A DNA stretch of 63,409 bases, counting the filler, from Basidioascus undulatus (taxonomy: Eukaryota), in NCBI GenBank assembly GCA_000826855.1. It is 8 parts of 8 records of this genome, joined end to end, with 100 filler letters (N's around TTAATTAATTAA, not from the genome) between each part and the next. Parts side by side here need not be neighbours in the genome. Positions count along the whole stretch, not along the records: positions 58,173 to 63,409 come from JTLS01001979.1; 7 more parts are not named here. One strand, 5' to 3'. The position numbers were made by a program, and so were the translations under genes. Below the pieces are notes generated by a model. It worked only from the letters and a program-made list of their open reading frames with translations. It had not been told where the DNA came from and ran no database searches. Positions 61,729 to 63,409 of this stretch are shown here, piece after piece (the first letter of the stretch is position 1; each line of letters opens with the position of its first letter).

Positions 61729-63409
61729 GACTGTAAGCGAGGGATTGGTGTTGAGGCCGTGTGCGATGGTTTGGACAGTCACTTAGGATTGACGCTGGTT
61801 TGAGGTGGCAATGGACTTGTCCGTGATTGTGATGGAGATGGTGTTGAGGGCGCTTGTTGACATTGACGCCGTGGATATACCTGTGTGCGGTTGGCATAAC
61901 AGAAAGCATTTTAAATGACTTGCTTACTGCGTAAGGATGCCCTGCTCTGCGGTCAAGTTAACTATTCTTGAGAAGTTTTTTTCGGATATATCCGAATCTC
62001 GGATTGAACTGCGGCATAGTGTTGGACCATGGCGGAGACTTCACATGGCCAAACCAGTCGACACAGCAGCGCGGCAGACTGCGAAACGCAAATCACTTTC
62101 CTTCCAGGACTTTCAAGTTTCTCTTCCACCACACTTTCGGAGTGCCAATATGAAGCGCCTGCTATTGCATTTCACTCTTGAAACCTTCGCCATAGGGACC
62201 GCCACCTATTCGCGCCCCGAGTCTTCTCCAGCCCTCCTGGATGTAACTAAGCACACCGATGCGAATGCTTCAAGATGAGAAGACCCCCGCTAACCTGTGG
62301 AACTTCGACTGCGTGAACCACGTCCCCAGTGACACACTACCTCCGATAGTTTGACCTTCGGCGAATCGCTTCGAGGGTAGAGGTGGACATGGTACGTGCT
62401 TTCTTCCAGCTTCAGATTCAGGACTACATCCCACCCATCGCCCGAGCTTTGCTGCGCATAGCTGCATGGCCACTGTCGATGCCGGTCCAGGGTGGGATGG
62501 AAGTATGTCCCTCCGTAAACGCGATCGTAGTGTCATACCACGCAGCGGCCAGGGCAGGTTGGGAAATAAGCGATAGTACAGATGTCAGGTGTATCATCAT
62601 GCGCTGCACCAAAGTCTTTCTCTCGATTGTTGAGGACTTCATCGAACGGACGGCTTAAGAGACGAGCAACCGAATGGAAGGTCAATCACCCAGCCGTCTG
62701 GCACAAACTATGCGCCATTTGGGAAATGTGTACATAGCGGGGGGACGGTATGGAAGCTATTACAGAACGGGAGCGAACGATAGAATGGTGAAAGAATTGA
62801 GCGGGGGATGAAAGAGGTGCGCGAGAGGAGAGGCAGAATACCGGTCCAGCACGAACACTGTTTCGGGAGTAAACCCTATGATGGGTGTTTCAGAGGGAAG
62901 GTGTTGTAACACATTAGCCGGCATGGGAACTTGCCAACATTGGTTCCGCAAGCGGGATGCGCGAGCATCTGGAAGGCTGTTCGGCCGCTGGGGTTCTTCT
63001 GTATTGCAAGCGCGATAAGGGCAGTCTACCCAGCGCTCCCCAGAAGCGGGTTTAAAACAGTAGAATAGAAAAATTACTGCTGCTGAAGCGGTAGGAAAAG
63101 TGTACTTTGAGTCCGAGAATGAGGCACCTGGTACACTTTCTGCCTGCGTTATTTCAATCATTCGTTTAGACGGCTTTGAACACAACTGCCACAAACTGGT
63201 TCTCCACATATTGCACCCTTTGGAAGACGGTGACTATGTGCAACATAATGCTGCTTTCAGTGTAGTTATACCGGCATCTGCGGCGCTGCGCATCTTTTCC
63301 TCTTCCTTCCATCATGCAGCTGGCCATGCCTGTCATGAACGTCTTAACAAACATTCAATCCTCGACAACTGTCAAACCTTGCCACCTCATTTTACGCTCT
63401 CACCCTTTC

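Overview
Eukaryotic, intron-dense fungal DNA; splice signals and protein families point to a basidiomycete (inference). The window is not one locus. One contig piece (1-26016) is followed by seven contigs of about 5.2 kb, joined by artificial 100-bp N44-TTAATTAATTAA-N44 spacers, so adjacency across spacers carries no meaning. Recognisable intact-looking genes: ILV6, a DUF2408/UPF0662 protein, TIM44, MsrB, DAK, an Ash1-like SET protein, a Cdc4-like F-box/WD40 protein, a p24 protein (3' part), a PWWP/BRPF-Nto1-like protein (3' part), SEC5, a PAP2 phosphatase and prenylcysteine oxidase, plus tRNA-Asp(GTC, with intron) and tRNA-Lys(CTT). Between them lie several decayed genes: a Ca2+/H+ exchanger, a Dal5-type MFS permease, an RGS-TM protein, an F-box-like protein and an orphan HMG-CoA synthase exon. 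The most unusual element is a ~1.55-kb, apparently non-coding array (31774-33326) of roughly 30 co-oriented mini-hairpins (5-bp stem, 4-nt loop, 3' GG). Their stems change sequence by compensatory substitution, and they are separated by unique purine-rich spacers. All homology calls come from motif recognition by eye; no searches were run.
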